Below, one piece after another: positions 24,454-37,500 of a stretch of DNA of 64,000 nt. The translations under genes were made by a program, and so were the position numbers. The stretch's first letter is position 1; each line of letters begins with the position of its first letter. Below the pieces are notes generated by a model. The model saw only the letters and a list, made by a program, of their open reading frames with translations, had not been told where the DNA came from and did no database searches. Source of the DNA: Psilocybe cubensis (Eukaryota); assembly GCA_017499595.2 (NCBI GenBank), contig CM039006.1, positions 434,001-498,000 on the forward strand, written 5' to 3'.

Positions 24454-26485
24454 TGGAACAGTTTTTGTATTGGGGTGGCGGGAAGAATTCAGAAGTGCTT
24501 TCTGTCTCCTAAAAACCACAATCGATGTGTGTGTGTATCTAAAATCTCAGGCTGTTCATTGCAATCCATTGAACCGGGCGTGTTCTGATTAATTGGGTAC
24601 ACTAATCATGAGAAACTGTTCATTACTTCTCAAGTCGTGACTTCTTCCACAGGGTTGCACACAAGGCCGCAGCTATGTATAGGCGATAACGCGATCCAGT
24701 GGCGCATTTTTTAGCAGTTCACTTCCCAACGTTTAACTACTCTGATTGAAATCCGCTTTCAATCTTCATATATTATCCTTCAGATGCCTGAATTGTGTAT
24801 AAGTTTCGGAGCATGTTCGAAAAACTGAAGAACAAAGGGACTGAGCGTTGGCTCGAAGAGTCTTCTTGATCAAGGATTATCTGTGGGAAGATATGTGTTG
24901 TCATTAGCTTACGTTGTTGTGTGTGTGTATCCGTGGGTATTCCGTTTTTCGCATCACGTTCAGTCTTGTTTAGATATGCTATTGAGCAGCGGCCTATAGC
25001 CTTACGTTGTGGCTATTAAGAAACTCATATCAAGTCGAGTCAGATATTTCTAGCACACGCCTTGAAATATGATATGATGAAGGAAAGCCGAGAACGGGCA
25101 ATGAACAATAGTTACTTCACACAAATCTGTCAGTGATGTACCGCCTGAGATCCGATTCAGTAGTCATACTCCTGGAAGCCTCGCCTCATGATATGGAGAG
25201 AAACAGAATCTTCAGTTTTCATGACTCGACTCGATATCTGACACCGGTGATAGGACAAACGGATGATATAAACCAGTCAAACTATGATCTGCTGATTAAA
25301 AAATTGAACGAGCCAATTAACGAAAGCTTTCGCGTCTTCTCGTGGAAATCTTACCACCATCGAAATTCATTAGCCATATCACCACGTAGATATCAGCATG
25401 ACCCCTGGCCCCCGACTCCTGCCAGAGTGCAAGACGGGTTTTAGGTCTGGGAACTCATTCCGTAATCATGCTAAATTTGTATTTCAATCTCCATATTTGG
25501 CACCGTGTTTTGTACAAATATAAGCGGAGTGTAAAACACCATGCGGCAAATCACAACGACCCACACTGAATGGACGACAACAATCGTAGTGTACGCCTTG
25601 AATGTAAGAGAATATCTACGTAAACATTTAACCTACATCCAGCAGATCTGGGAACAAATGTCTATTTGTTATTAACCACGTTCATTTTGGTCTTATTTTC
25701 AGATGCCGTAGGTTGCCGAAAAATATTGTTAAAAACCGCCAATTTTGCGCTTCATCAATGTGAATCATAAGATAGTCAGAATCAATCTAGGTCGCAGAGG
25801 AAAGAAGCGCATTAGTTATTTTAGCTTTATATAAATGAACAATGGGAGATCAACGCTCTTTGCGTCATCGAAACGAAGCACCGAATGTCCGCAGTGCGTC
25901 TACCGATTAAGACTGATCACCGAATACCCGTAAATGTGAGATGAGCCGGCCAGTCGTAGTACTACGTATCGCGGAATGGTTTTGTATGTATGGTTTCTTA
26001 TGAGAAACGCTTTTGTACATGATTCTTAAAGAGAGCACGCCACTTGTATAGCTTCAAGAGCTTGGATTGTCCAAGGCTTGGAAGCTTCACAGAAAGACTA
26101 CCTGGGACCATCGACTCTGACGACCCAGAAATAAACAGCAACTAAGGTAAGTATGTCAGTAAGGCACACGTGTAGTATCGGGCTCGCCAGGAGGTAACAT
26201 CATTTACAGCACAAGGGCAGGAGACAGAGATGACGGACCGTGGAACAATGGCGGGAAACAATGACTAAACATATTCAAACTCCGCTTGACTACCAAAAAT
26301 AGACTACTCTTTGTTTCCTGATGCTCACAATCGGACAATGGCGTCCTTATACTTATATACAACGTTCGGAATGCCCGACTTCTTCGTTTTTACCTCTTCA
26401 CACCATCTGCTACCAAAGCACCTGGTCACGACTATCCATTTGAAGGTACCATAGACTCTATTTTCTGCTCAATCTACGAACTATC

Positions 26486-28721
26486 ATGAATCCGAACATT
26501 TCTACGAGTTGTAAGCTCACTTTACCTTCTGTTCAAAACCAACTTTTTGCTTATCAGTCTTCAAATAGTCTTTTCGCGGGAGGCCCTCCTACAAAGACAG
26601 GCACGAACACTGCGATCTCGCAAACTCACCCAGTCATCAATAAGAAATAAGCCGTTGCTCAACGTCATTCTCGAGGAGGACGAAACTCGAACTTCATCAA
26701 GATCACCATCACCCGTGCTCAGTCTGTCATCGAGTTCAAAATCTGGCAGCAGCTCTACACACAGCCTTAAGGCAAAACGCAGACGCGCTATGGCCCATGT
26801 TTCTGACATTAGGATCGCCCGTGAGTCAACCCATGACGACGACATCGAGCTCTCGCCTCTGCTTCTGTCCGCGCCCCGTCCTGCCCCCTCACCACCAACA
26901 AGTTCATCAGAGTCTCCAGACTCCTTCAGCCTCACATTTACAAATGTGGCGTATAAATTTCCCCACCCACCTACTCCGTCTAGTCTTGGAGGCTGCGAAT
27001 CCCCCACACCCTCAATGTCATCGCTTTCTTCCAGTCCTTGCTCCCGACACGGAGATATGCCACTTACACCTTCTTCCTCTGACGACGAATCTTCCACTTC
27101 TTCTCGCTCTTTCAACCCCCGTCGCGCGGCAATCCAACCTCTTGTTATTGCCAAGCACAATCCACGTCCAAGTTCGCCATTTAACGAGATTTCTCTGTCT
27201 TCGTCGTCCCTTCTGGAGCCTTTCAAGGACTCTTCAGAGGAGCCTCAAGTGACTTCGCTTACCTCGGCGTTTATGGACGACGTATACTCCTACGACTCTG
27301 ACCCCGAATCCGACTCTGAGTGGTACAACCGCGAATTCTCTGATTTTTTGTCTCTTTACTCTCCAACCCCATCGTCGTTCCCTATACAACAAGCGAGACC
27401 GGAATCTATGTTTCTTTCAGAGGACATCGACGTTGCCAGCCCTAAGTCCCAACGCAGGATTTCGAAGGCCCTACCACCTACTCCATCCACTCCAGCCTCC
27501 AGACGCGAGTCCGTGGTCGTTCCATCTGCAGAGCCCAAACGCTCTTCTAAGAGGGAAAGCAGGAGGATCAGTATTCCCAAGTACCCACCACCTCCAGTAC
27601 CTACGGCATCCCGTCCTTCGTCCATGTCTTCAAGGACTTCATCCCCGACCTCTGCTCCAGCTTGCAACAAAACACTGCCGCACAGCATTCGCCGACCACC
27701 TCCTCGCATGAGCATTCCGCTTGATTGCGAATTAGATTTCGATTTGGCGGAAATTGAAGAGGACGACTCCTCGTCCGCTTTCTCTTTTTCTATGTATGAA
27801 ATTGACCTCGACTACGGAATCGCAGAGCAACCCAAAAGCTCAGGTAGCTCGGGCTCCGACCCCTCAGTCTACTCGCAGCCTTCCTTTGAGGAGGAAGAGG
27901 ACCACTTCGACGGACAAGAGATTACTTTCGATCTCGATTACTCGTTGATGCTCCCTCTTTCTCTCCCCACTACGCCTTTCGATTTGGAAGCTGACATCGC
28001 TTTGGGACTGGAGAAACTTCGCGTGCAGGAGGAAACTCAAGTCGACTTGCCGACTATCTCTATTGAAGAGCAACAACCTGCACCTACACCCGAACCTACA
28101 CCCGAACCTGAACAGGAGATCGTTGTGGACGACGTATTTTCTCCCTCATCCTCTTCCTCATTTTCTTTCTCTCCATCCCCTTCCGTTACCTCACACTCCA
28201 ACGACTATTTCCTTGCCGTCCCCTCCTCCAACACCGCAAAACGCCCGCTCTTTAACGAAGAGAAGATCCTCAAGTCGAAATGGAGCTCATCCACCCTCGG
28301 CTCCGTGCGCGAGGAACACGAACACCGCGCGTCCGCCTCCAAATTGCGCCTGTACTTCGGCGGCGGCCAATCGCCCTCGAAGAGCGGCAAGCGTGGAAGC
28401 GCGCAGTCGAACAAAAAGGTACCGCCTACACCGACGTCCCCGTTCTCGCTCATGACGCCGAGGAAGTCGAGCCGCGGGTACGCTGTGAGCCCCCCACCTT
28501 CTGCGTCCCCCAGCTCCCGTGGTCATTTCAGAGGTACTAGCTCAGATGTGATGATCATTGGGTACGGGGGTGGTGTGAGGAGGAGAGGTAGTGTCTCGAC
28601 TGTTAGCGATGTTGGCAGCGAGGACAGTTCGTCCAGCACTTCGAGTTCGGGGTTGAGGAGGAAACCCATTCCGATCGAGATGTTCCTAAGAAGCGATATG
28701 CTCATGAAGAGCACGGCCTGA
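26486..28721 (+). CDS. Ser/Pro-rich, largely disordered hypothetical protein
   Basis: A short first exon (MNPNISTS, ATG 26486), then an intron, then an open exon of about 2.15 kb ending LRRKPIPIEMFLRSDMLMKSTA*. Confidence 0.8.
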
Positions 28722-29335
28722 AACGACTGCTCTTTACCTCATCCCAACCCTCTGCCATCTTATCCAACATGAAAATTATCGACCAATGCGTCCTACAACA
28801 TTCGTTTAATCACTCTGTCTTGTTTTCCTTTTTTTCTTTTGACTCTTGCTCTCCCTTGCATTCATCTAATCACCACGCACACGATTATTTATCCAACATC
28901 ATCATTTTTAGACTTCATTTTGTTCCTGTCGTTCCTTCCCTTCTTTTTTGCACAACCAACTCAACCACTCAACTTGCATTTTCTCAATCATGACGATCCA
29001 TTGCTATATTATTTGCTATACTCTTCCATCACCCTGCCATCATTTTTTGTATAATTACGCTATGCACTGCACCTCCTTTTTATATAGTACTCCAATCGAC
29101 TCCACAACACTGTAGCAATTAGTTTTTTTTTCTTTACCTTGTTTACTTACTATCAATACTTGAATCAATAACATGTTTTTAAAACATATCTCTTGGTGCT
29201 CTTTTACACATTGCCTTTTGTCTGAATTTCTCGCTCGCAGCTCCTAGCAATTAAGCAAGTTGCAATGCGCTCGAAAGCTTTGGTCTGTCATAATGTTAAA
29301 ATGATTATATTATTTTAAACATACTTTTAATTACT

Positions 29336-29433
29336 GCCCGCCTAGCTCAATCGGATAGAGCGTCAGACTCTTAAGTCTAAGGCATTGGGCATATAAAATC
29401 TGAAGGCTGCGAGTTCGACCCTCGCGGTGGGCT
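29336..29433 (+). tRNA. tRNA-Lys-CTT: tRNA-Lys(CTT) with a 24-nt intron (29374-29397)
   Basis: Mature sequence identical to the 23206 copy, with a different intron. T-run downstream. Confidence 0.95.
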
Positions 29434-29652
29434 ACTGTAACTTTTCTTTTGCAAATTCTTCCCTTCCATAACTTTAAGACTCCACCAAAATTTTACAACC
29501 TTTTGACTTAGTCACAGTGACGAAGTAATCCGAAGTCGTGCCATAACATTAATAATGCATTAATAGTCGTATTATAAAAATAACCAACAATCCCCTCATA
29601 TAATCCCAAAACCAAATGTATGTCCGTGCGTTTTCGTGCTTTCGATCGTCAA

Positions 29653-31868
29653 TTACAAGATTGTAACATGAGAGCCAACACCCCAACCAAACAGGTCGAA
29701 AGCGAGAGGGAGGACTTCGCATGCAATGACTGCAATACCAGCGTACACGATCACCTTTGTAAGGACTGAAGATGCACGAAAAACGTCAGCAACATGAAGG
29801 CGACGAAAGAGCATATCATACGCACCATCCGCATCATAATGTCGGACATCATCAGGTTGTCCATCCTTGCCCGTACTCTCCTTATCTGTCCGGTGCGCCC
29901 CGACACCTGCCTTGCCATTAAACGCCTTTTCATTGGATGGGTGGGCATTTCCGTTTGCGGCTCCGTTCGCATTTCTGTGCCCGTTGCCAGAGCGCATTTT
30001 GAGGTCTTTCGCCATCACTGTGCGGCTTCCCGAGTGTCCCTCAACACCGCTTCCGATGCCGCCTATTTCGATGCCGACGTTTCCAGCACTTGGGAGGTCG
30101 ATCACACTGGGAATAGGGTGTAGCTCGAATCCACCTCCGTCAGCGGAGGAGTGGAACTCGGACGGCACGGACTTGTACTCGGTGGCTGGTGTGTAGAAGC
30201 GGCGATGCGGAAGTTGGAACGCGCGTGCGAGGAGGCGGAACGTTGGGGGCAGGATGATGTGCAGAGCTGATTTGGCGAGGAGCCGCCATACGAAGATGAC
30301 AAGAATTCCTGAATATTGGGTTAGTTGCGTTCGTAGTTGGAGGTGTGTGGGAATTGGAAAATGAGATGGACAACGTACCGAAAGACATTTTTATGGCAGC
30401 GAATGTCCACCACACCAAAACATCGTTCCATTCTCGCTCCACTTGAACCCATTGGCCTGCTTCTAATATCCACCCGCTGCCGGGCATAATGACGTTCTTG
30501 ACGAGGTCCATGCCAGCTTGGCTGTAGCACACGGCCCAGCGCGATACGAGGGAACCGAGCACGACGCTCAAAATGGCGATGGCATCTTCGAAGCAGGGGC
30601 AGTCGTCCACCGGCTGGGGGTGAACGTGTACTGCGAAGAGACACAGCGGGATAAGAATGAGAGGTACTTCCCAGCCGCCATACTGGATCCACTTTTCGAT
30701 CCATTTTCCTGCGGCGAGTCCCTGCCCCATGAAAACAAGAAGTGCACCAGAAGGCTGCAGGGTCCCGAAGCCTAAGAACGCGCAAAGCGCGTTGAGGGGG
30801 TTGCTGGGTTCGAGAAGATAGGGTGCACCTGCCCAGTCAGTATGTGCCCACCATATCCCCGCACCAAGAAGGATTCCCGTTATGCAATCAGTAAAGGAGT
30901 GCATCGCGGTGTACAGTCTCCCGAAAACGACTGAGAATGCGTAAATGAAGAGAATGAAGTTGATAAAGTAATAAAGTCGTGGAGATATCATGTATTCAGT
31001 CGTGTCGCTTGAATTTATTATCGTGGATGTGCCATTCGTAATGGTGGATATAATCGTTTGGGAACTGGGTATAGGCGTGGAGGCTAGGCGGTGTACATGG
31101 GCGAAGAAAATTAGTGCAATGGAAACGCTGTTCGTTGAGTGTGTTGAGGGGAATCCGTATTCCAAATGGTGAGAACCAATAGCTGACGTAAATTGGTGAG
31201 ATAAAATAAGTCATGAGAGAAACTTTTGCGCACTTAAGCGTGTTACAGGGGGGGCAAATGGTCGAGGTGAACAGAACAAATCCTTGATGACGGATGATCC
31301 ATATATTCCAAGTCCAAGAATGGCGAGGAGGCTGTAAAAAGGTCAGCTACAAGTAGAGAAGTGGATAATTAATATCAAAGCTCACGCTCGACCCGTCTCG
31401 TCATATCCGAAAAAGAAAAGAGCAGGTAGTAGGATCATGAAGAAAGTATGAGTCCCCAGAATTGAGCTATAGACAAAATATGCGTCTAGCCATGGAGTGC
31501 GAATTTTTTCCTAACAATTCCAAAGGTTTAGTATCAACTACCCTCATGTTGGACAAGAAATGATTCACCTGCATTGCTGCAATGATCCACGATTCCCACT
31601 GCACTGTCGCGACCAATTTGCGGCGTATGCCTGCCCGCCACCATGACAAAGTTGAGTCATAGACGTCCTTTCCCTGCAGACCTGGCGTTACATCGTTGGT
31701 GAGAAACCTTTGTTTTAAACTCTGGACGTCGAGATCGTGTGTCACGCCATTTTGGTAGCTGGTCTCCCTGGAGTGCGTGGGAGCTGGCGACGACGCTCTC
31801 GAAGATGCTTCCGAAGGTGGCCCAGAGATCGAAAATTGCACCGACTTTGCAGGTGTCTTTCCTGACAT
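29653..31868 (-). CDS. LCB3: Sphingoid long-chain-base-1-phosphate phosphatase (PAP2 family, Lcb3/Ysr3-like)
   Basis: LGTHTFF, KDLFCSPRP, EYGFPSTHS, GRLYTAMHS and PVDDCPCFED motifs plus several TM helices. Start MSGKTPAK at 31868. Confidence 0.88.
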
Positions 31869-32459
31869 TGTGTCCGTGTTAGGTCGCTGTCTTGTCGTCC
31901 TCTCCTCTAATCCGCTTAGATATCCACAACTTCTCCGGTCAACTATAAGGCGTGCAGCCCGGGATGTTGGCACAGAAAAGTTGTTCGAGAATCTGTGAAG
32001 TCTTTGGAATCGCCCTCGCCGGGGTATATGAGGGGTATATGGTCGGTGTCGAGACTCGAAATCCGAGAACCTCGCCGCCGACTTGCTCGACACAAATCAC
32101 TGTTTAATTTTACCAAGCTTTCGTGATCATGAGAACAACTTCGGCCAATCAGGTTTATTCGGCAACTTCAAAGCCGAACAAGCGGAGCCCTTTCAACAGG
32201 CGGAGCCGACTCCAACTCAATTCAACTCGAATCTCCAACAAACCGAATTCTTCGTCAAAGTGCCTTTGATGACCATACAGCATCCCCACAGTCCCCCTCC
32301 CTCACAGGCGCTCATACGCTAGGGGTAGGAGGCGCAAACGGTATAAGACGTTCATTCCGAAACATTGTAAACTCAATACATTGTTAAAAGTAAAACACTC
32401 AAGTGTGATTAGATCAGACCATATCGTATATCTGTCCACAGAAATGGAATCTAAAATAA

Positions 32460-33398
32460 CTAGTAAGCTATACTGACTTGTTTATTTCCATACTTTTCCC
32501 AATTTTTGGTCACAGCCTCGAAGATAAAGTGTGCTACATCTTTGCGTGAGATGAAATATCCTCCAACTTCTCCTTCTCCAGCCCTATAAGGTTGCCTATT
32601 TTCTGGTGAATCTGCGCGACACTCCCCATCGTTGAACATGGCCCCTCTAACGATCATAGCGTTCTGTAGCGTTCCGGGACTAGGCAAGCCTTCGCGGTGC
32701 TTCCAGTCTTTACCCATGATGTCTTCCCCTGGTTCTCCGTCCTCTGTATTCCAGTCCCATCCAGAGCAGTGATATATTATGCGCTCCATGCCCAACTTGT
32801 CCTGCAGAGGGTTTTGTATGAGATACCCATACACAGGCCTCAATGCGAATGGAACTTTGGCACGAGAAGATCGGCTAACTCCTGAAGCTGATAATGTGAC
32901 AATCTTTGGCAAAGAGGAGGTCTTGGGCATCTCGCAGAGCACATTCAGCAAACACTGCGTCACAAGATTATTGGGATGTATCACGAAGCCTTTCGTGAAC
33001 TGAAACTTTGGATTACCAGCTGAGCGTGGGGAACGGCGGGTTAAAGATGGATATGTAACAATTTGCAGCACTGACACTTACTAAATCCGACAGTGAACAA
33101 CACTAAATCGACTGCAGCCTCTTTCGTAGCTTCAATCCATGCTCTTTGAACATCTTTTGCCACAAGACCGTCCCCTCTAACTAGGTTAACGCTTCCTGAT
33201 TTCATATACTTTTGGATTGACTCGTCGCTATCAAATGCCTGTGGTGATCTCATAAGGAAGGTAACATTTGCTCCAGCATCTATGTGGGTACCTTTAGTAC
33301 AGAGGATAAGTGACAATTAGCAGCATACCCAAGAATCGTAGCGAGGTGTAATACCCAATATGACGAGATCCACCAATTACAAGGATGTTATGTGGCAT
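32460..33398 (-). CDS. Atypical SDR / NAD(P)-binding Rossmann protein (flavin-reductase-like)
   Basis: MPHNILVIGGSRHIG nucleotide-binding start, V(R)GD, DK..ME and C-terminal ISRKDVAHFI. Two introns. Confidence 0.85.
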
Positions 33399-33653
33399 GT
33401 GAAGACTGATCGGAAGATGGATTATTAGCAGTCAATGGTAGGTGAAGTCGTTCGTTCTGTAACTGGTGTGGCAGAGCCGCAGAGGGCTTATCTTTTTTAT
33501 TTATACGTATATGGCTGTGCCAACGCGCTATCGTCCTCTGAATATGTATATCTATTATTGAAATCGCAATACATACCTTGATGGCGTCGGTGATTAGCCT
33601 TATAATTGATGGTCGTCCGAAAGAGTTATTTGAATATACAGGTACATGAAGGT

Positions 33654-34556
33654 AGGACCCCCGGTAATGAGGGAGGAGCCCAGATCCCTATCCGGACAAA
33701 TTTTGGGCAATTTTGAGCATAAGGCAAGGTACCATCCGGACAAAAAAGCGACAAAACATGTCAAAAGGTAGGGTACAAAAAATTGTTCTGGTCCAGACAA
33801 ATTTCAAGATTTTGGAGGTATGCTAGAGCTGTTGTCCAGACAAATTTGGTCGAATGATTGTCAGCCTTGTGGTGTAGTAGTTGGTGGTGCCAGTGAATTT
33901 TTAGTGACCTCTCTTAATTATGATGCCCGTTTGAATCCTAGTGTGGTTGATTTTTGAGTTCGTTTTTTTACATTTTGTGGCTAGTATTTCATATTCTTGT
34001 AACGTAGGATCAATGCGGTGTTGTTCTAATCCCATCGATTCAATTTCTTTCTACTATCAAGTCAAGCGCATTCGTGCCACTAGAGCCAGCCCCAACTTCG
34101 ATTGAATTGTCGCCCGCAGATTTTGGACGCTTCAAATCATTGCGAGAGGGACTCGGGTCAATTGTTAGGGTTCTCGAGTCTCGAGACATACAACAAGCGT
34201 TCGCCAGCTGTATGATACTTTCATCTTTACGAAAATGTATTATATGTTACGTTACAGTACATTTCTTTTATTTAAATTGTATACATATGTTGTCAATGCG
34301 ATTTAAGCCTCCTAGAGGGGCAAAAAAGTAAGCCGGGGGGCGAAAAATTAGGCCAGGAGACGAAAAAGCAGGCCAGGGGACGCCATCCGGACAAAAATTG
34401 ACCAGAAATAGGCAGGGTACCAAAAATTTTGGTTGTCCGGACCAAAACCGAAATTTTTTTCGAGGCCAGGTGCAATCCGGACAAAAATTCACAAAATCTG
34501 TCCGGACAAATTCTCGGTCTTGGGATCAAGCCTTTTCTGTCATTACCGGGGGTCCT
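33654..34556. mobile_element. Non-autonomous TIR DNA transposon, 903 bp
   Basis: Perfect 17-bp TIRs AGGACCCCCGGTAATGA / TCATTACCGGGGGTCCT and a perfect 8-bp TSD ATGAAGGT (33646-33653, 34557-34564). Eight subterminal TCC(G/A)GAC(A/C)AA repeats, four near each end. The boundary can also be read with a 6-bp or an imperfect 10-bp TSD. Confidence 0.88.
33861..33950 (+). pseudogene. Degenerate tRNA-like / Pol III cassette inside the transposon
   Basis: 5' TCAGCC can pair with 3' GGTTGA. A-box-like TGGTGTAGTAGTTGG, B-box-like GTTTGAATCC, followed directly by TTTTT. Confidence 0.45.
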
Positions 34557-37500
34557 ATGAAGGTACTGCCAATTAACACACTTACTGCACACAGTAATCG
34601 CCACCACTTTAGTCTAGCCGATCAAGTCGTACATTCTAGTTGTCTAGATATTTCTCAGCACAGCCGCCGTTGGCGGATGGATGTTGGCATCTGCAATGCG
34701 TGCGATTCACTCAATCCTATGTCATCGGATACCAAGGGGGGGATTGTTCTCTCGATTATCCTAGAAAGCACCGACAAAAGTTATAGCCAGTGAGGATTTT
34801 TATTACTATGGCAATGGCAGCGACTTTGGTGAAGCTCCACAGAGGTTTCAACTGGATTTGATGCCGCATATGTCTCTTCATGTAAGAATGGAGTCTGGAT
34901 CCGTCAGCTGAGAGGTATCCATCTTCCGTTCCATGCGTCTGTGGATAGGTATTCTCCGTGCAATCCAGCCGAAAAAATGTATGCCCCCGACGAAAGAAAA
35001 TTGTTTCGGCATTAGCGGCTTCAAGTCATGTTATAGTGAGAAATTTCGTTCTCCGACAGAAAAGGCGGCAAACGGCCTTCGAGGTCAATGTTCAACTTGA
35101 AACTCACTCAACAGACTCATCTCGTCTCGTTCGACGTTCAGACCTAGCAAGCAGACAGCCTAATCTTCTAACGACACTCTCTTCCCCAGAAACCTAACCT
35201 CGATAGCCTAGTGACGTACACGCAACGTACACGAGTCTTGGTGAAGCCGTTTCATTTCCAGCCCAGAAGTCATTTTCCAGTCAAAGCTTAACAAATGGGC
35301 TTGAAAATTCCATATCTTCGGAGGTCGGGAGCGAAAATATTCCCCAGAAAAACGTTTCAATAGATCGAGGTCGCATGTTTGAGCTCATGACTTGTGCAGG
35401 TGAGTGATTGTTGCGCAGGTGATCAGCCGCCGTGACCATTTGACCGTCAGGTGCTGGGATGAGCAGGCAGCCTGCATTCTCAGTCGCTATAAAGGATGGA
35501 GTCAACTGTGTTTCTGTTCCTACTCTCTCCTTTTCTCTCTCGTTACCCCCCGTCAAGACTACTACAGGCAGTCCTTTGTCTACTCTCGTTTTTGTAGTGG
35601 TGCTTGTCTCCTACGCGATCATTCGGTCCGAGACAGTCTATTAATGACCGGCTCATCAAGCTTTCGTCGTCCCAATACGGTTTGACCAGACACGCCCGTT
35701 TAATCTCGCCGTCATCGCGCGTCGTGGAAAGGAAAGATGGATAGTCCACGACGGCTCCTTTGTCCTTGGACTCGATGGTCTCTGGGGTCTTTTCCACCGT
35801 CCTTCCTCTTTACCAACTTCTCACGTTCACCGGATCTTTGGTCTATACTCAGTGTTGAGAAAGATATAGATCAGCGAAGCTTAAGAAAGTGGGCATTGAG
35901 GACGGAGAGGGAGCCGATGGGGATGGGAGTAGTTCGTTAAAAGTGAGTCTACATTTTTGCTATCGAGAGCACTCATGTATGAGGCATGAAATAATGATGT
36001 TATTGAGCTTGAGTCATACCTTGTAAGTGGAGAATCTATTGGCGGTATGCTTCTTCGAATCATTCTATCTTCGGGGGTCTTTCGAGTCTTTCGCAACAAG
36101 TTCCTTGAGGTCTATGGTTTCACCGAACAAATCCGATATGCCTTTCACGGAACCCTAATGCCCAAAATGTCGCAATGGGTGTTGAACGTTTTACGGCGTT
36201 AGGTAGACGTTTCGCAGCTCCGTATTACTCTCCTGGCTAACTGCACTTTTGATAGCCCTCATTTTCTCCCTAAATCCATTATCATTCCTCCTACTCCTTC
36301 TGCGATATGACGGTTGATTTTGTGGACTGCGAGTCTCCAATGAGCAACATTTATTCGTGCAATGCGGCGCCTTCCGAAATGGTATTTTATTCCTCACAAA
36401 TACTTCGCTCTAGTCGCATTGACACGGCATAATAATGTCGTGCGGAGATTCTGCGTACTTTGACGTGCACGTTCCATGTTCCCCAGTCCATTTTTGAAAA
36501 TCAGGCAATCTTCAGGGCTCAGGGCACGGTGGGTTTACCCCACATTCACACAGCCTAACCCCGCATCTCTTCATGGCGTTTTCGAAATCAAATTGAAGTA
36601 AATTGGTTGGTTCCACCGTCTCTCTCTATCCGTATTTGGGGATGAAGTCCCGAGAAAGATATGAACAGTATGAGATCTATAGACTCCTATATGCCCGGTT
36701 GTTCTCTGTAAAGAGATGTTGAGTCTGGTGCGCTGTTTTCTAGGAGGACCAAATAGGAGGACTTCCTTAGACCGACCACCGGAAACATGTGTTTATCGTC
36801 AGGATATCCCTTCACTGCTTGGCATTCCGACTTGGTTGATGAGTGGACGGCTCGTTGTTTGTAGGCCGCCGCCACAAAGGGGCCGGTTGTGCTGCTTCTT
36901 GAACCTTCCTTGACGAGAAGTGGATGACATATTTACGTGGTGAGTGTATACATTTCCCCACAGTTTGTCATCACTCTTGCCGCGGTGCGACATTCAGAAA
37001 ATAGAAGAATCTTTCTGCTTTCTTCTGATTGCGGGGTGGGTAAAGATCATGGAATTGATCATTTAATCCCCGTTTCCCAGTCATACCCCTTCCAACTTCG
37101 AAAATCATAAACTATTCTGCCTTGAACTCACTTGGGCTAGGCCTCTCGAGGTTTCTTGAACTTTCATTAGAGCTATATGAATACTTGCTGGCTCTGTGTC
37201 AGGCTCTCAACGAATTCTCAAAGGCTGGATGGGTACATGAGGTTCGGCAAGATTTAATCATGGCGCTCATTGCTTTCATAGCGATCGATGCCTGATTATC
37301 AAATCAACCGAATCAACTCGGTTCATCCGGTATTCATGGCGGTTCGATTCGGAAGAAAATCAAATATCAATATACTAATCTCGGCACCGACAAGAAAGTG
37401 GGAGTGTCCGGGGTACGTGTGGGCTACTCTTGGCCTTGAAAGTCAATTGGATGCAATACGGTTGCCGGTTACCGCGACTACCGCATGCATACGAAAGGCG

